Source: Cenococcum geophilum
Lineage: Eukaryota
Length of the DNA: 64,000 bases
Direction: 5' to 3'
NCBI GenBank assembly: GCA_050273025.1
Contig: CP158635.1
Location: forward strand, 3,224,001 to 3,288,000
Shown here: positions 49,072-63,869 of the stretch, piece by piece
Position numbering within the stretch: the stretch's first letter is position 1
Layout of the letters: every line of letters begins with the position of its first letter
Program-made: the position numbers and the translations under genes
The notes under the pieces: model-generated
The model's input: the letters and a program-made list of their open reading frames with translations, nothing else
Database searches by the model: none
Told to the model about the DNA's origin: nothing

Positions 49072-52000
49072 CTATGGCCCCCGGCCTACCAAATATATAT
49101 AAGGAGGAAATTAATATCTTCTCTAATAAGCTAGTAAGCATACTACTATAGAACTCTAAGTACGACTATATAATCAACTTAGAAGAAGGTAGAACGCCAC
49201 TATAAATGCCCCTCTATAACCTCTTATAGAAAGAGTTGTAGATCTTACAAGAGTACCTAAATAGTGCTCTTAAAAAGGGCTAGATTAGGCCCAGTAAGTC
49301 GCCTACTAGAGCGCCTATCCTCTTTATGCCAAAAGTAGATGGTATAATGCGGCTATACGTCGACTATAGACGCCTAAATAAGATCATAATTAAAAATTAG
49401 TACCCCCTACCGCTAGTCGGCGAACTCTTTAATAGGCTTAGCTATGCGAAGATATTTATAAAGCTAGATCTTTATAATGCGTACTATAAGATTCGCATCA
49501 AAAAGGGAGACGAATAGAAGACCGTATTTAAGACACGCTATAGTTACTTTAAGTACCTAGTAATGCCCTTTAGTCTTACTAACGCCCCTATAACTTTTTA
49601 GAGCTATATTTATAAAGCCCTAGGAACCCTAGTAGATACTATTTATATAGTTTACCTAGATAATATTCTTATTTACTTAAATAACGAGGATAAATACGTT
49701 AAGCACATTAAGCAGGTACTGCGATAGCTCTACGCTTAGGGCCTATACGTTAAACTATTAAAATGTATCTTTTACACTAAGAACATTAAGTTCCTAGGCT
49801 TTATTATTACCCCTAGGGGTATTATAATAGACCCTAACCGTATAAAAGCTATTAAGGAATGGCCTAAGCCTAAGTCCTATAGGGACATCTAGATCTTCCT
49901 TAGCTTTACCAACTTTTATAAGCGATTTATCTAAAACTACTTAGATACTGCATACCCCCTACATATATATCTTATATAGGCATATTACAACCCAACATTA
50001 GATAGGGAGAAGAAGAAGAAGTATAAGTTAAAAGGGCCTACTAAATAGTATTAACCCTGGTCCTAGCCTAATAACGCGCAGTAAGCGTTTCGTAAGCTAT
50101 GTGCTGCGTTTATATAGGCTCCTCTACTTCACTACTTCGACCCTAATTTACCCCTAATAGTAATTACTAACGCTTCCAATTATGCCTATAGCGGTATACT
50201 TCTGCAGCCTTTAGGGTAAGGAGATTAACTCCACTAGCACCTAATCGCCTATTATAGTTAGAAGCTTACTAGCCTAGAAATACGGTATAATACGTATAAT
50301 AAAGAACTACTCGCTATAGTGCAATACTTTAAGACATAGCGCCATTACCTTAAATACGCCGCGCATATAACGCGCGTACTCTACAATTATAATAATCTTA
50401 GGTACTTTATAACTACTAAGAGCTTATCTACTTACTAGGCTTAGTATGCTAAGGAACTAGCTAAGTTTAATTTTAAGATTAAATATATGCTAGGTAAGAT
50501 AAATCCTACTAATATACTATCCTAGCGCCCGGATTATACCAAAGGCTTTAAAGATAGTAGTAAGAGGACAATTCTTAATACCATACTGCCTATATTGCAG
50601 TAAAAGTTACGGGTTATAGGCCTTATAGGCGGCCCTAGTACTATTATACTAAACCAGTAAGTAGCATACGTATAGCATATAAGTAACCCTTATAAACTTA
50701 GCGCCGGCGGACTAAAGCGTCTTACTATTCTCTTTAAGACCACTTTAACTAACCTAATAGCGCTTAACCCTAGGGAAGACCCCTTAGCCTAGGCTATGGT
50801 CCCCCATAACAACCTAGCAAGTCACCTATATATCGCACGTTACCTCGCTAGCACTAACTTTACGTAAAGTCTTATACTATAGCAAAAGGTAGTAGTAGCT
50901 GCTTTAGCTAAAACGGCGTTTATAGAACACCCCCTAAGTCACTAGTTAATTTTATCCATAGAGTATAAAAAAGGGACGCCTTTATACGCTCTATATATAA
51001 TTAGTTAACCTAGAAATAAGTTCCTGCCAGTAATAAGGACTATACCCTTAATAATTAAGGACTTTTAAGGCAAAATAATAAGGTCTAGGTGCTAAATTAT
51101 ATACTACTATAATAGGAGATCCTTAAGCGGAATCATAACAATCCTATAGGCGGCTACTATGGTTTTAACTATACCTTTAAGGTAATTGCGCGGAAGTATG
51201 CTTAGAACGGCCTTACCTAGGACCTCCGTAAATACCTAGATAATTATAATACCTACTAACGCTCTAAATCGCGCCGCTATAAACCTTATAGTAAGCTATA
51301 GCCTCTCTAAGCCCCTATCTAAGCCTAGCGGCATTATTTACTTAACTTTATTACGGATCTCCTAGAGTCTAAGACTCCTAATAGCGTAGAGTATAACTCC
51401 GTTCTTATCCTTATAAACCGTTTTATAAAGTTAGTACGCTACTATCTAGTGCGTAAGATAATTAATGCTATGCAACTTATAAAACTCTTATTTAGAGTTT
51501 TTATATAAATAGGGCCTCTAGATAATATTATCTCTAATAAGGGTAGTGTATTTACAAGCGAGTACTAAAGTACTATATACTACTATCTCCGCGTTTAACG
51601 TAAACTCAGCACTATATTCTACCTATAAATAGATAGTTAGACGGAGCGTCTAAACTAGGAGCTTAAGGTATACCTATATATATTTACAAACTGGGAATAG
51701 TCTAATTAGGCCTCCCTACTTAAAGAAGCAGCCTTTACCTATAACTCTAAGGTCTATGCCATAATAAAGCGTTCCCCTATTAAGCTCGCCTATAGCTAGC
51801 TACTAAACGTCCCAGACGGAGTCCTGGATAGCATTTAAGACGCCTAGTAAGGTAGGGAGGGGTCCAAGTTAACAAATATCTAACTTGTAGAGATGTATCT
51901 ATAACGCCTGCGCCTTATATATAAGGCAGCAGCGGCGTTAATAATGCACGCCTAAAAGCTTTAGGCAAAATACTATAATTATCACTACCTAGCTAAGCAT

Positions 52001-53899
52001 TTCGCCGTTAATAAACGAGTCCTACTCTCCTCTAAGAATATTCGCACAAAACGTCCCTATAAAAAGCTTAACTATAAGTTTATAGGACCGTTTTAGATCC
52101 TAAAGCGCGTAGGGTAGTAAGTATATAAGCTAGAGCTTCCACCTGCTATAGTACAGCTTTACCTAGTCTTCTATATCTCCCTACTAGAGCCTTATAAATT
52201 ACGCCCTAGGTTTTAACCCCTAGCAGTAAAAGAGCTTAAGGAAGGCAGCTAAGAAGTAGAAGTAATTATCGCCTACTAGGATCGTATTGGACAACTATAA
52301 TACCTTATTAAATAGCTAGGATGGCTAAATAAGTATAATAAATGGAAATACAAGATAGAACTTAAGAATTATTAATAGCTACTAGATAAGTACCGTAAGT
52401 AGGATACCCTAGCTTTATAGCTAAAGCGTAGGCAAAAAGTAAGCGCCGCTGTTAAAATATAACCTATATTAAAGCGGAGCAGAGGATGTCCTAAGGGATT
52501 AAAGAATAAGTAATAATTACTATAAGAACTATAGTCTTAATTTAGAAAGCACCCTTTCTAAACCTAGTCTGTTACTCTATACTAGCTAAGCAGATTATTT
52601 ATATATTAGAGAATAGGCCCATCTATAACTAAGGTCTATTTAACTAAGGTCCACAACCTACTAGTGACCCGCTGGTAGTAACCTGTATTAATAACTTATA
52701 TACTATTCCATGTATATGCTACGCAGATAATATATAAGGCTAAAGTATGGGTTAGCGGCGGGTCTAATAAGTATATAGCCTTACCGTCCTAATCTAGCTA
52801 TATACAAATAACCTATAACTTACCCGCGAAGTATATACGGCGCTACGCCGGTATAGCGTAAGGCTAAAGTAGGGTCAGCGGCGGATTTAACAAGTATATA
52901 GCCTTACCGTCCACAAATCTAGCTATATATGAATAACCTATAACCTACCCGCGAGGTACTAGCGACCTACCTACGTAAGCGAGCTTTAGAATATTTCTGG
53001 TCTACTAAATTTAGGCGACGGTATTAAGCTCTACTGGCTCTACCTATTAAATAGACTAATTAGGATTTTCCATACCGGGCATATAAAATCACTACTAGCT
53101 TAGTTAAATGCGGGGGAGTCTTGGCAAGGTAAATCTAACTAATTAGATAACTTTAACCGCCGGTTAAAGTTCCTTAATATCTTTGCGCCGCGCATATATA
53201 CCACCTATCCCTCTATACGAAAAATTAAGACGCTCTTTCCCTTTAAATTTTTTCCTTACTAAGGTTTTATATGAGGTTTTATCGAGGCTTAAGTATATAA
53301 AGGATTAGGGACAACCCTTTTTAAAGGGGGGGGGGCATTATTAGGTAAAACCTAAGTAGATAATTATATAGCTGTAACGTATAGGCGACCCTAGGGCAAC
53401 CTAGGGGTGACTCGCCTATAAGGCACGTGCTCTATACATGCCTAGGGAAAACCCTTCCTACCTTGCATATAGACTCCTCCTTTTCCCCTAAGGATTCGTC
53501 TCTGTCTATACAATATACCTATTATTCTATCATTAGACTCCCTATCCACATCCTTACCTCACATATTACACCTTCCTTTTTATTAACACCTCTATTAATA
53601 CTACTATATATATTATATATATAGCAGATCCTACTATAATTAAGTATAGCAAGTGCTATATCTATAAGCCCTGCCTTAACTTCTTTAAAAACAACTCTTT
53701 AAAAAAGCTTTTAAAGCTATACTAGTTATATTAGTTAAAGGCGCGTCTTCACTATTTATTACTTTTACTTTTACTTATCTTTCTAGGCCTTTAAATATAA
53801 TTTAAATAAGTGGAGAGCTCTTATAAAGTTAGGTTTTACTACTAAAATCGTCCTATAAGGTACTAGTGAACTACTCTACCTAAAAATAAGAACGCCTTC

Positions 53900-54800
53900 C
53901 TACCTCGCGGCTAGAATAGCTAAGATACCCCTAAAATAGCTTAACAGTAGAAGATAATTAGGTGATATAACGGGAGCACTACATTTTTAATTAGTGTGGT
54001 AAAGCTTACTTACTCCTCTGCTATATACTATAGATAAAGCTCTATCTAGTAAAAGGGGTGCTCTATATAGCCTAAATACGTCTTTACTGGAACTAGCTTC
54101 TATACCTACTATACCGCTAATACCCACTATACCGCTAGTACCTACTCTACCGCTAATACCACCTTTCTTGTAGTAAGCTCTAACTATAGCTATACTATTT
54201 CCCGTTTTAGCTATTAATTAGAAGTAAATAAAAAAGTTTAGGAGTATACTATAGGCTAACTATATAGAGATATGTAGTTGTTATAAGGAGTAGTGGTTTT
54301 AAATAGGCCTAGCTATAGAGGGTAATAATATAGGTATATATAAAGCCTGTATTAAGGACACTAATAGCTTTAAAGATCTAGCCCTTTCTTCCCTATTTAG
54401 TAAAAGTAATAAGCTTAATCTAGGGCCCATTCCTAGCTTTCTACCTATATTTACTACGGTAGAAGAGCTTCTAATTGCGCGTATATATATTTATCTATAA
54501 GTTATACGTATACGCGGCCAGTAATATCGCTATACTAGCTATATTTACTACTTTAGCTAAAATATACTAAAGACTTAAAGGCAGCTACTACGGCTACCTA
54601 CTAGACTTAATATACTAGTTATAAGGCTTATAGCAATAAAGGGTGGCGAATACTTAAGTCGGCGGTTTACTAAGCGGTATACTATATAGCGCTTTATTAT
54701 ATTACTATAGCTTTACTTTCTAAAGGTTAATTATCCTAATTATTATAATATTAAAATATATAGCACCTGGCTTACTAGCTCACCTAAAAATAGCTCTATA
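53900..54800 (+). mobile_element. Helitron-type Rep/helicase N-terminal fragment (DUF6570-like)
   Basis: De-RIPped translation C..C.E.WF...N.LDPGPIP.FLP.LTTVEELLIAR.H..LQV.R.RGQQYRYT.H.C.F.QN..K..RQLPRLP..LDILV.RP...WL.FLK.NHP.Y.DI.I. Confidence 0.65.
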
Positions 54801-55869
54801 TTAAATATTAACTATTAAAAGGTCTATAGGTTTATTTACAGTTTAGTGTTTATAATCTTTCTTAGCTTATTCTATCTTTTATAAGTTATCCTTTTAATTT
54901 ATTAATTCTATATAGCGTCTAATATTCCCTATAGAGAGCTTAGTTAGCTTTTTACTAACTTCTTTAATTTTAGTATAGGTAGTATAACTTAGGTAACTTA
55001 AGGGCGGCGTAGTATATAGATTCGCTACGGATTAAACTATATATCCTTTTTAAAAGCCCGGTTCCTATATATAGCATTAGCTTAGTAAATAGTATTTATT
55101 TATAGCCGTACTATGTTTTCTATTATAATACTAATTTCTTTTATAAATAAAGGGGTTAAGGGTATAGTTTTAGGCTAGATAAGCTATCTATTTTATATAT
55201 TAAGCCATAATTATAAGTAGGCTAGTTATTTTTTTTATTATATAATAGCTTCTAAGGTCTATAATAAAAAGGGGGATAATATATTACCTATATTAATTTT
55301 TATTTAATATTTAATATAGTCCTATATAGATAAATAACTTCTAAGGGAGATGTAAGAGGTAATATAGTATATACCCCCTTAGGTAATACCTATACTATAT
55401 TAATAGGAGTAAAAATACCTTTAGGTCGCTACTCTAAGACTTAGTCCTTTAGGGTAGAGTATTCTAATTACCTATTTTACCCTATCTGCCCTTTATACTA
55501 TCCTTCTATATTATTATTATAGGTTACTATTTTATATTATTACTTACCTACCCCTAGCTTCTTACTACCCTATATATATATATATATCGCCTATAGTTCT
55601 CCTACTTATAGCTAAATAACGCTCTATATTTTAATAATACTCTTTAGCCTCTATTACCTACCCTTTTATATTTAATAGCACGCCCATCCCAGTATTAGCT
55701 ATAGGGGTATACTAAGCCCCTATAGCTAAGTATATATACTATACTATATATTAGAATATACTAGGTAGATTAAGGTATAGAGAGAGTAGGTGGCGGTTTA
55801 GATAAAAGGCTTATTATCGGCCTTCCGCCTATAAGGTATATAGTTTAGCTATATATAGGTACTATACTG

Positions 55870-56215
55870 TATATTATTATACTGTATAAGAAAAAGGGGG
55901 TTATAGCTATAAGTAGATATCGTAATTTAAGTATACTAGGCGTGTATATAAAGATATAGTAGTTATATATATAGGCCTCTACTTATAAGCGACTTAGTTA
56001 ATAAAGGTATAAGTATAGTAAGAAGGACGCATATAAGCCTATATAATTAGATTATCTATAAATAAAGATCTAAAGCTAAAGGAAAGGAAAGGAAAGGATA
56101 AGTAGTAACGTAAAGAGTTATATATAATCCCCTAGTTACGTAAGAGTTACGTAAGCTTTACGTCTACTATAATGTCTACTATAACTACTACTTTCTGCTA
56201 GTGCTATAATACTAC
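55870..56215 (-). repeat. Probable solo LTR related to the LTR at 28200-28467
   Basis: Shared core agttaat.aaggtataagtatag.aag.aggac/t..atataagcctatataattagattatctat. Boundaries are uncertain. Confidence 0.5.
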
Positions 56216-57596
56216 TAGGGCTTATCCTCCCAGTAAGAAAACTCTTTATACTACTACTATATTATAGCGCTAATACTATATAGCCGTATATACGTCTCTA
56301 AGTTTACTCTAGGAGTTTATTAGTATAATCCTAATAAAACGCTAATAGTATTACTAAGTTTCTAGGCTCTACCTTACAGAGGTATAGAAATTAATTTTAT
56401 AGAGCCTAGAGATATTATATTACCTTTATCTATTAATATAAAGGTAAATATATAATATAGTTATAATAGATTATTATATCTATAAATAAGAACTAGCTTA
56501 AGTAGTTCTTCTATAGGTATATTTAAAAAGTTAGTTAGCTGTATATTATACTAGGTAACTATTTAAATAAAGGTATTTACTTTAGAGTTAGTTAAGGTAG
56601 ATATTAAAACTTAATATCTATTATAGAATAAAGTATAAGAAATAGTATAGCTTTTTTACTAATTAGTTAACCTAAATTAATAAATAATATATTAATCCCT
56701 TTTAACCCTAGAGAAAAGCCTTTCTTTAAGGTTTTTCTTTTTCTTACTTTATACTATCCTCCTAGATTAATAAAACCTTATCTACTTTTATCTTTATTTA
56801 GTTATCCTTTATAAAGTAGTTTTTTTATATAACTATATAAGAAGTAAGCTCCTTAATTACTAAAGACTTAAACCTATAGTAGAACTAATTATATAGTTTT
56901 TTATTAGATTACTATAGGTTATATAATCGGTACTATAGGAGTTTAGATTATACTAGAATACTATTAGCTATTCTTATATTACTTATAGTTTAGTTTTAGG
57001 GATTTCTAGCCTTTAACTACTTAGTATATACCTTAATTTAGTAGAGGCCTTAGTTAATAGCTAAGTAGTAGTTTATAAGTTTCTTTAATATCTATATAGT
57101 AGTAAAAACTAGTAATATAACTATAAGTTTAAAGTAAGCTTATTAAAGTAGTCTAGTAGTAAATCTTTTTAAGAAATTTAGGCCTAGCTAGTTAGGTCTA
57201 AAAAGTAGGTCTAAAAGAAAAAAAAGGTCTCTATTGTTTTTATTATTAGACATTTATAATTATAATAGGCGTTTTAAACCTTAAAGAGGTCCTTATAAAT
57301 AAAAGATAGGTAATTAATTATTCCTTTTTTTTAAAGAGAAAGGGGTTTACTAAGTCTTAAGTATATTGCGAATAATAGGTATATTTAGGTATTCCTATTA
57401 ATATAGCTAAAGATAAAGGCTATTTTTACTTAGGCAGTAGGAAATAGTCTATATTAACTTTAAACTTATCCTATAATTAAAGTATCTAGTTATTAAATAT
57501 AGAGTTAGCCTTATCTATAAGTAATAGAAAGTCTATAACCTTTACTAACTATAATAATACTATATATTAGGCTAGCGCCTTAATAACTATAGTAAG

Positions 57597-60500
57597 TGTT
57601 AGTATTATAGGGTAACTCACTAATGCTACTTAAGTAGACACAGTAAATGTTGGTTATAAAGCTTGTTGTTTAGAATTAGGGGGTAGGTAAGAAACCTAAG
57701 GTTCCTTACTACACTAGTGCCGCGGCAATACGTGACAATACGTGACGACTGCTTGCCTTATTCCCAACACTAGCAACTCTTCTTTTATAGTTGCTATCTA
57801 TATACACTTATAAATTACTACTATATAAAGATATAAAGCTAAGGAGAAGAAGAAAAAGAAATAAAGGGGAAAGGGTAGCGTAGGTATCTGTACGGGTTCG
57901 TGCAAAAATATTAGTTCCGCTTACCGCTCTTAGCCAAGCTAATAGCAATTTTCTATCCCGGGGATAGAAAATCCTAATTAGCTAGCTTAACAAATAGCGT
58001 TAGCAGAATCCTACACCACTACCTAAATTAATTAGGCGTGGCGCTCTTAGCAAGAATCTAACTAATTAAATAACTTTAACTAGTAGTTAAAGTTCTATAA
58101 GATCTTAACTTCTCTAAATTTCCCTCTTAACCTAACCTTTAACTTATATATATAAAGTATTTATATTAATAAACGTCTCTAGTGCCTTATTTAGGTTTAC
58201 CTTTATTATTACATCTACTGGGTTATTTTAGCTATTAATCTATTAGATCTTAAAGAGTTCTTAACGCTTATAGGACTACTAAAGTGCCATAATATTAATT
58301 ATAAGGCGCTTTTCCTTTATAGTACTAAGCTTAACTAAATACTTATAGAGGGAATATAAGTCAGTATATATAATTATAGGGATAGCAGGAAGTTTAAGTC
58401 GATCTATAATTATTTTAAGGGTAGTTCTAATTGCAATTACTATATTAACACCGCCAACTATTTTATATATCTCTAACGCTAGAACGCTTTAAGTAACGCG
58501 CTTACTTTTAGTTAAGCTTTAATAGATAAGATTGCCGTAGATTGTAAAGTTATTTTCTCTAGTAAATTCGTTTATAATAATAGTCTTATATCCTAGCTAG
58601 GAGCTAAAATCTTTATTATTTATAAACAATCTATTAATAAACACAAAGAGCTTAGTGGTGGGAAGATTAATAGGCACGTAAAGTAGTCCTTAATTAAGAT
58701 GGTTCATTTACTAGAAAAAACGCTTATTTAGGTTAAGAATATTATCCTTAGTTAGTTCCTAGTATTAGGCGGCAATAAAGAGATTAAAAGAAGCTTTAGG
58801 TTAATAAATAGAAGCTATATAAGCTCTATAAGCGCGTTACTCTATATATCCTTACTTTAGAGAATTAACGTTAATAACGTTAATCTTCTTACCTTAACCT
58901 TTCTGGCGTAGGGCAATGGAATCCTTATTTAGGGAAATAATACATCTATTAAAGAGTAATAGTGTTATTAAATTAAGTCTTTCCTTTAGCTTTACTATAA
59001 GGTTTACCTTTACTAGCTTATCTTCTTTAAGAGCTAAGAATTGGTCGTCTCCTAAGATAATTATATCATCTATTTATATGCCAACGATTCTAAATAGAGT
59101 TTTTATAGCTGTAATAAGGAAGCAGGGATTAAATATAAAAGTAGTTATTAAAAGCTTCTCTTTATAGTGCTTGCTATAAGTAGCCCACTAATAAATTCCT
59201 GCCTCTATAATTCTATATAGTGGCTTAAGTATAACTATAATTATATCTTTGGGATATTAGTAGCGAATTTGCTCTAAAAGGTATGCTAGTATTAAGCGCT
59301 AAAGGCGTATCTCTAATTAGGTATAGGCCTAGGTAATATTTTATAAATAAACCGCTATTCTATTCTTTATTAAGGAGGGAGCTAGCGCAATAATAACTTG
59401 CTAACTAGCTCGTTAAATTATAGGGGATTACGTAAGAATTACTTCCTTACTATTATCATTATAACCTTAAATAACTAGCCTTAACTTCTTAAATAGGGTA
59501 TTAGTAGCTTTACCTTTAATCTTATTAACCATTCTTAACCTAAATATGCGAACCCTATTGAACTTAGTAGGGTTATACTTCTTAAACTTAAAGACTCCTC
59601 TTATAATAAGACCGTTAATCTCCTACTTATTAGATACTTGGAAAGGAGCTCCTAAAGTTATAATACAGCCTTCCTTTTAGAGCTATTTTACGAGCTTAAA
59701 GTTAGCCTTCTCTTTAGCTGTTATAAAGGCCATTAATAGCTTAACTCTATTCTTAATAGCGGCAATAAGTTGCTCTTTAAAATTAATAAGGTGTTAGCGG
59801 TTTCGTAATCCCTTTAGGTGACCTCTACCGCGTTATAGTTACGGCGTATCTACTACAGTTATATTAGGGTCGTAGTCGCCTTCTAGGGCACGTTAATTAT
59901 AGTTCTCCTCTAAGGTATCTCCTAGGGTATCTTCTAGGGTATTCTATAAAGGCTTAAAACTATTATCTTTATAGTAAGGCTTAATAATAGTTGAATAGAA
60001 TTAAGTAGGTCTATAGGGCATCTAAAAAGTATAAGTCTAACTATTAATTATAATAAGTTTATATAGGCCTGACTATCCTCCCTTTTTACGCTATACGCGT
60101 ACCTTAGATTGGAGTGGCAGATTAAGCGTAGTTAAGGTATTTAGGCCATTTCTTATTCCTAATACGTTGTTAACCTAGCGCGTGGCGTAGAGACGTTACA
60201 CCTCCTTTATTGCCTTGCGAATCGCCTCAGCTTATTACACAATAGAGGGAAATGGTAGAGAATTATTAGTTATTTAAGGGTAGGCGCCAAAGACTAGCAA
60301 TGTAGGTACGAGCCCATCTAGGCTAGCGGTATCGTTAATAGCCTTAATAGCCATCTATAGAATAAGCTCTTTACTAGCACCCTCTAGTTCTAAAGAAATA
60401 ATCTTATATACGCGGCGTAATGGCGTATAGTATTGTTCTACCTTTTTAATACTATTATATGCCTTAACGGGGACTTCCTTAACCTTAATTATCATTGCCT

Positions 60501-63500
60501 TTACCTATTATTAAAACTCTATAGATAAAAAGTTCTTTCCTGTGTTATAAACAATTTAATTAGGGGGTCCTAGGTAGATATTAATTTAATATAATTAAAA
60601 AGTATCCTATATATTCCTAGCTAACATATTTTTTAAAAAGCGTGCGGCTTAAAAGGAGGTTAAGAAGTTAATAACTTAGAGTACTGGCTTACCGCTAAGA
60701 TATATAACATCTATAATAATATAGAAGTTAAAGTTGTAGTTATCTTTAAGGGTAAACTTAAATCGGCCAGGGGACTTCTGGTTTATTTGGCAGTAATAGT
60801 AGTACTTTATAAGATATTTAATTGCCTTAACCTTAACTTTATAATCTACTTATTAAAGAACCCTAAGCAGTTAGTAAATGGATAAGTGGCTAAAACGACG
60901 ATATAGTTAATATAGCTCTAACTTAGTTAAGTAACTCTAAGCAACGCTCCTTTCTAGCTATTAAAGGAGCAACTAAGGGTAACTCTACTTACGTATAACG
61001 GGCACCTAATTATCTCCCTAAACAAGTATATTTTTAAGATTATTAAGCTTAATACCTAATTTATTTATATCTTAGATGCAGAATAGGAATAGGGTATTTG
61101 TGGGAATAATATAGAAAGTAATATATCCTAACGGGGTTTAGACCTTAATTATGCTAAAAGAGATTATAGTACCCTTACCAAAGCGAATTATATATTGGCC
61201 TACCGTTAATTAGTTAATCTGGATAGAACTATTAAGCTACTAAAGAGCTCGGACTTAAGGTTCTCCTACTATAGATACTCCTACGGCTCTAGTATCTAGT
61301 ATAATACTATAAAAGACGTTCGCCGAGTATCTATTATTAAAGGAGAACGCGGAACTTTCCTTTAGCTTATTAAAGATATCTAACCTTATAACAGAATAGA
61401 GCGTAGATTAGTTATTAAGGACAGCAATAGTTTATGCGCCATTTACCTTACTATACTTAGTAAAGTATTAGTTAAGAGAGTAGTCCTCAATTTCTATATC
61501 TATAAGGAGCTGTTTAGCCTTATCAATCTCACCCTTAAGATCTTCTTCGCCTTTATATTAAACTAGGAAGCTTTAGAAGTAGGCTATAGTAACTTTTTAG
61601 TTTCCGACGTTTTGTGCACTCTAGCGAAACTTATTATATACCTTCTTTCGTCTATTAAGGGGGTATTTAGTTAACTAGCAATTTAGCTTCTTATAAACAT
61701 AGCATTTCTTCTGCTAATTATTACAAAATAAACCTCTACAAGGACCTCCATAATTGCTTTATAGTTAATATTAATCGTACCCTCTACCGTATCCCCTACT
61801 ATAACCACTATATATTTAATCAGTCCAGTTATAATCGTATTAGTCAGCCGGGTTAATTAAAGTAGGTTAAAGTTAGGCGTTAAATTGCTATACTTTTTAA
61901 GAGCGTAGGGCGGTGCTAATAAAGGATCTTAATTAAGCACATACTCCTTTATAAGTACTTATAGGGTTAAAGAGAGTAAGGTTATATTCTTTAACACCTT
62001 AATATATACTAATAACTTAATTACATAGGCTAAAGTCCTCTTAATATAATTTGGATAAACCACGCTAAATTATCTAGAGTTAATTAAAGAGCTTTTAAAG
62101 ATAATTAAGTTAAGAGGCACCTAGGTTTATAGCAATAATTCTTAAAAAGGTAGTCTCTCTCTACTCCAACATATACTGCTGCTTATTCTCCTATTTTAAA
62201 GTAGCATCTTATTTTATATATTATTCGGTTAAAATTATATCCTTTTCCTACCAAACGATTATAATAGAAGGTACTAGCTTGGCCCTTAAGCATAACTAAA
62301 TAAGTAATGTAGTATTAATTAGGTTCTAGTTTAACCTTCTAGTAATAGTTATAGAAGATACATAACTTTAAATTAAGGATATTATACAGTTCTTTACTAA
62401 ACTTCTTCTCTTATTCTAAATAGAGCTTTATAAGCTCTATAAGCATTTTTAAGGTGCCTCCAATTAGTGTTTAGCTACATTATATTATAGGCTGCAATAG
62501 TGACGTAGATCTAGTTAGTGGAGTTTAAAGGTTATTAAACCGCGAAGTAAGGGGATCTTACGCTTATTAGGGGTTATTAATTAAGGCTATAGGTTAAGCT
62601 AGTTAATATAGGGAAGTTAAAGACAGAGGTAGAGGCGATAGATATAGAATATTAGAACTTATACCTAGAGTAATAGAGTTAGAACGCGTCTCTAGTGGTG
62701 TATTACTTAGGTTCTATTATAATTTAAGCTTCTTTATAGTGCGTAGTTAGTACTTAATCTCTTATAGAGTCTATTTATGCTCTTCCTTTACATTAATAAC
62801 GTGTTCCTAAATATTATCCCTAATACTACCCCTATCTATAGGGACAAATACTCTATACTCCTAAAGGAAGTTACGAAAGTCCTATACAATATCTTTATTT
62901 ATAGGAACCTATATTTCCTTTATCTATTTAATAAAGTCCTCCTTTATACAATACTATAGCACGGTATTATCGTATTCGCTGTCTTTATAGTATTCTATAC
63001 GGTATATTAAGAATCTATTTAGGTCCTATTGCTTAGCGGTTACAAAGTTAGTTATGGCTCTATCCTATATCTCTAGGTTAATATCTTTCTTATACTTCTT
63101 TAGATAGGTTAACGCTATAGTAGGTAGAATTAACAAGGTGTTATATATTAAAGGTAGGCAGGATTTTTAGTTTTATAGGATCTTGTAGGTTTACTGTCCA
63201 AAGGTAAGCAATTTAAGATATTATTTAACGCGTTTCAGATATCAACTTAGGACCTTAGGTTTAGTAACACTTTTAACCTAAAGTACTTAACCAAATCTTT
63301 GTAAACGTAATTATTCTATATAATGGACGCAACTTAGTATCTCCTAATACTTAGTGACACTTCTATTACTAGTTTTCCGTAAGTTTAAGATAATATAGTA
63401 TTACCGGGATCCATTTCATATAAGCGCATATAACACCCCTATATAAAACTATCTCTTCTATTAATAACCTAGCTGCTCTATAGTTAACTATGTATTTAAC

Positions 63501-63683
63501 CACTGATTAGTATTAGTGTTATAGGGTAACTCACTAATGCTACTTAAGTAGATATAGTAAATATTAGTTATAAAGCTTGTTGTTTAGAATTAGGGGGTAG
63601 GTAAGGAACCTAAGGTTCCTCACTACGCTAGTGCCGTGGCGACACGTGATAATACGTAACGACCGCTTGCCTTATTCCCGACA
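57597..63683 (-). mobile_element. Full-length Ty1/copia (GalEa-like) copy 2; LTRs 63511-63683 (5') and 57597-57769 (3'); TSD GTAAG
   Basis: Reverse complement of copy 1 over ~6.09 kb. TSD at 57592-57596 and 63684-63688. Confidence 0.93.
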
Positions 63684-63869
63684 GTAAGTTTATTTAATAA
63701 GTTATTACTAGATATAAAGGTATTTCTAGGTTTAAGTAATTCTTATAGACGTTTAATTTTAGTATTAGCTACTATAAGCCTATCCTAAGGGTTTAAAATA
63801 GTAACTATTTTACAATTAGAGGTATTTAAAGATTCTATAGCTTCTTTATTAGCTACTATATTTCTTAAA

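Larger units (their letters stand above)
38791..53563 (+). mobile_element. Ty3/gypsy chromovirus X; LTRs 38791-39015 and 53339-53563 (225 bp); TSD TATTA; interrupted by gypsy Y
   Basis: Paired LTRs, TSD and a G-rich PPT before the 3' LTR. RT motifs KG.IRPSKSP..APILF.PK.DG.MRL.VDYR.LN and YLDDILIY (49250-49680), then RNase H, integrase (~51100-52200) and chromodomain (~52250-52400). Confidence 0.92.

Noticed and set aside
54800..57590. Remaining highly RIP-eroded sequence
   Set aside because: Apart from the probable solo LTR, no termini, TSDs or protein motifs could be supported by eye.
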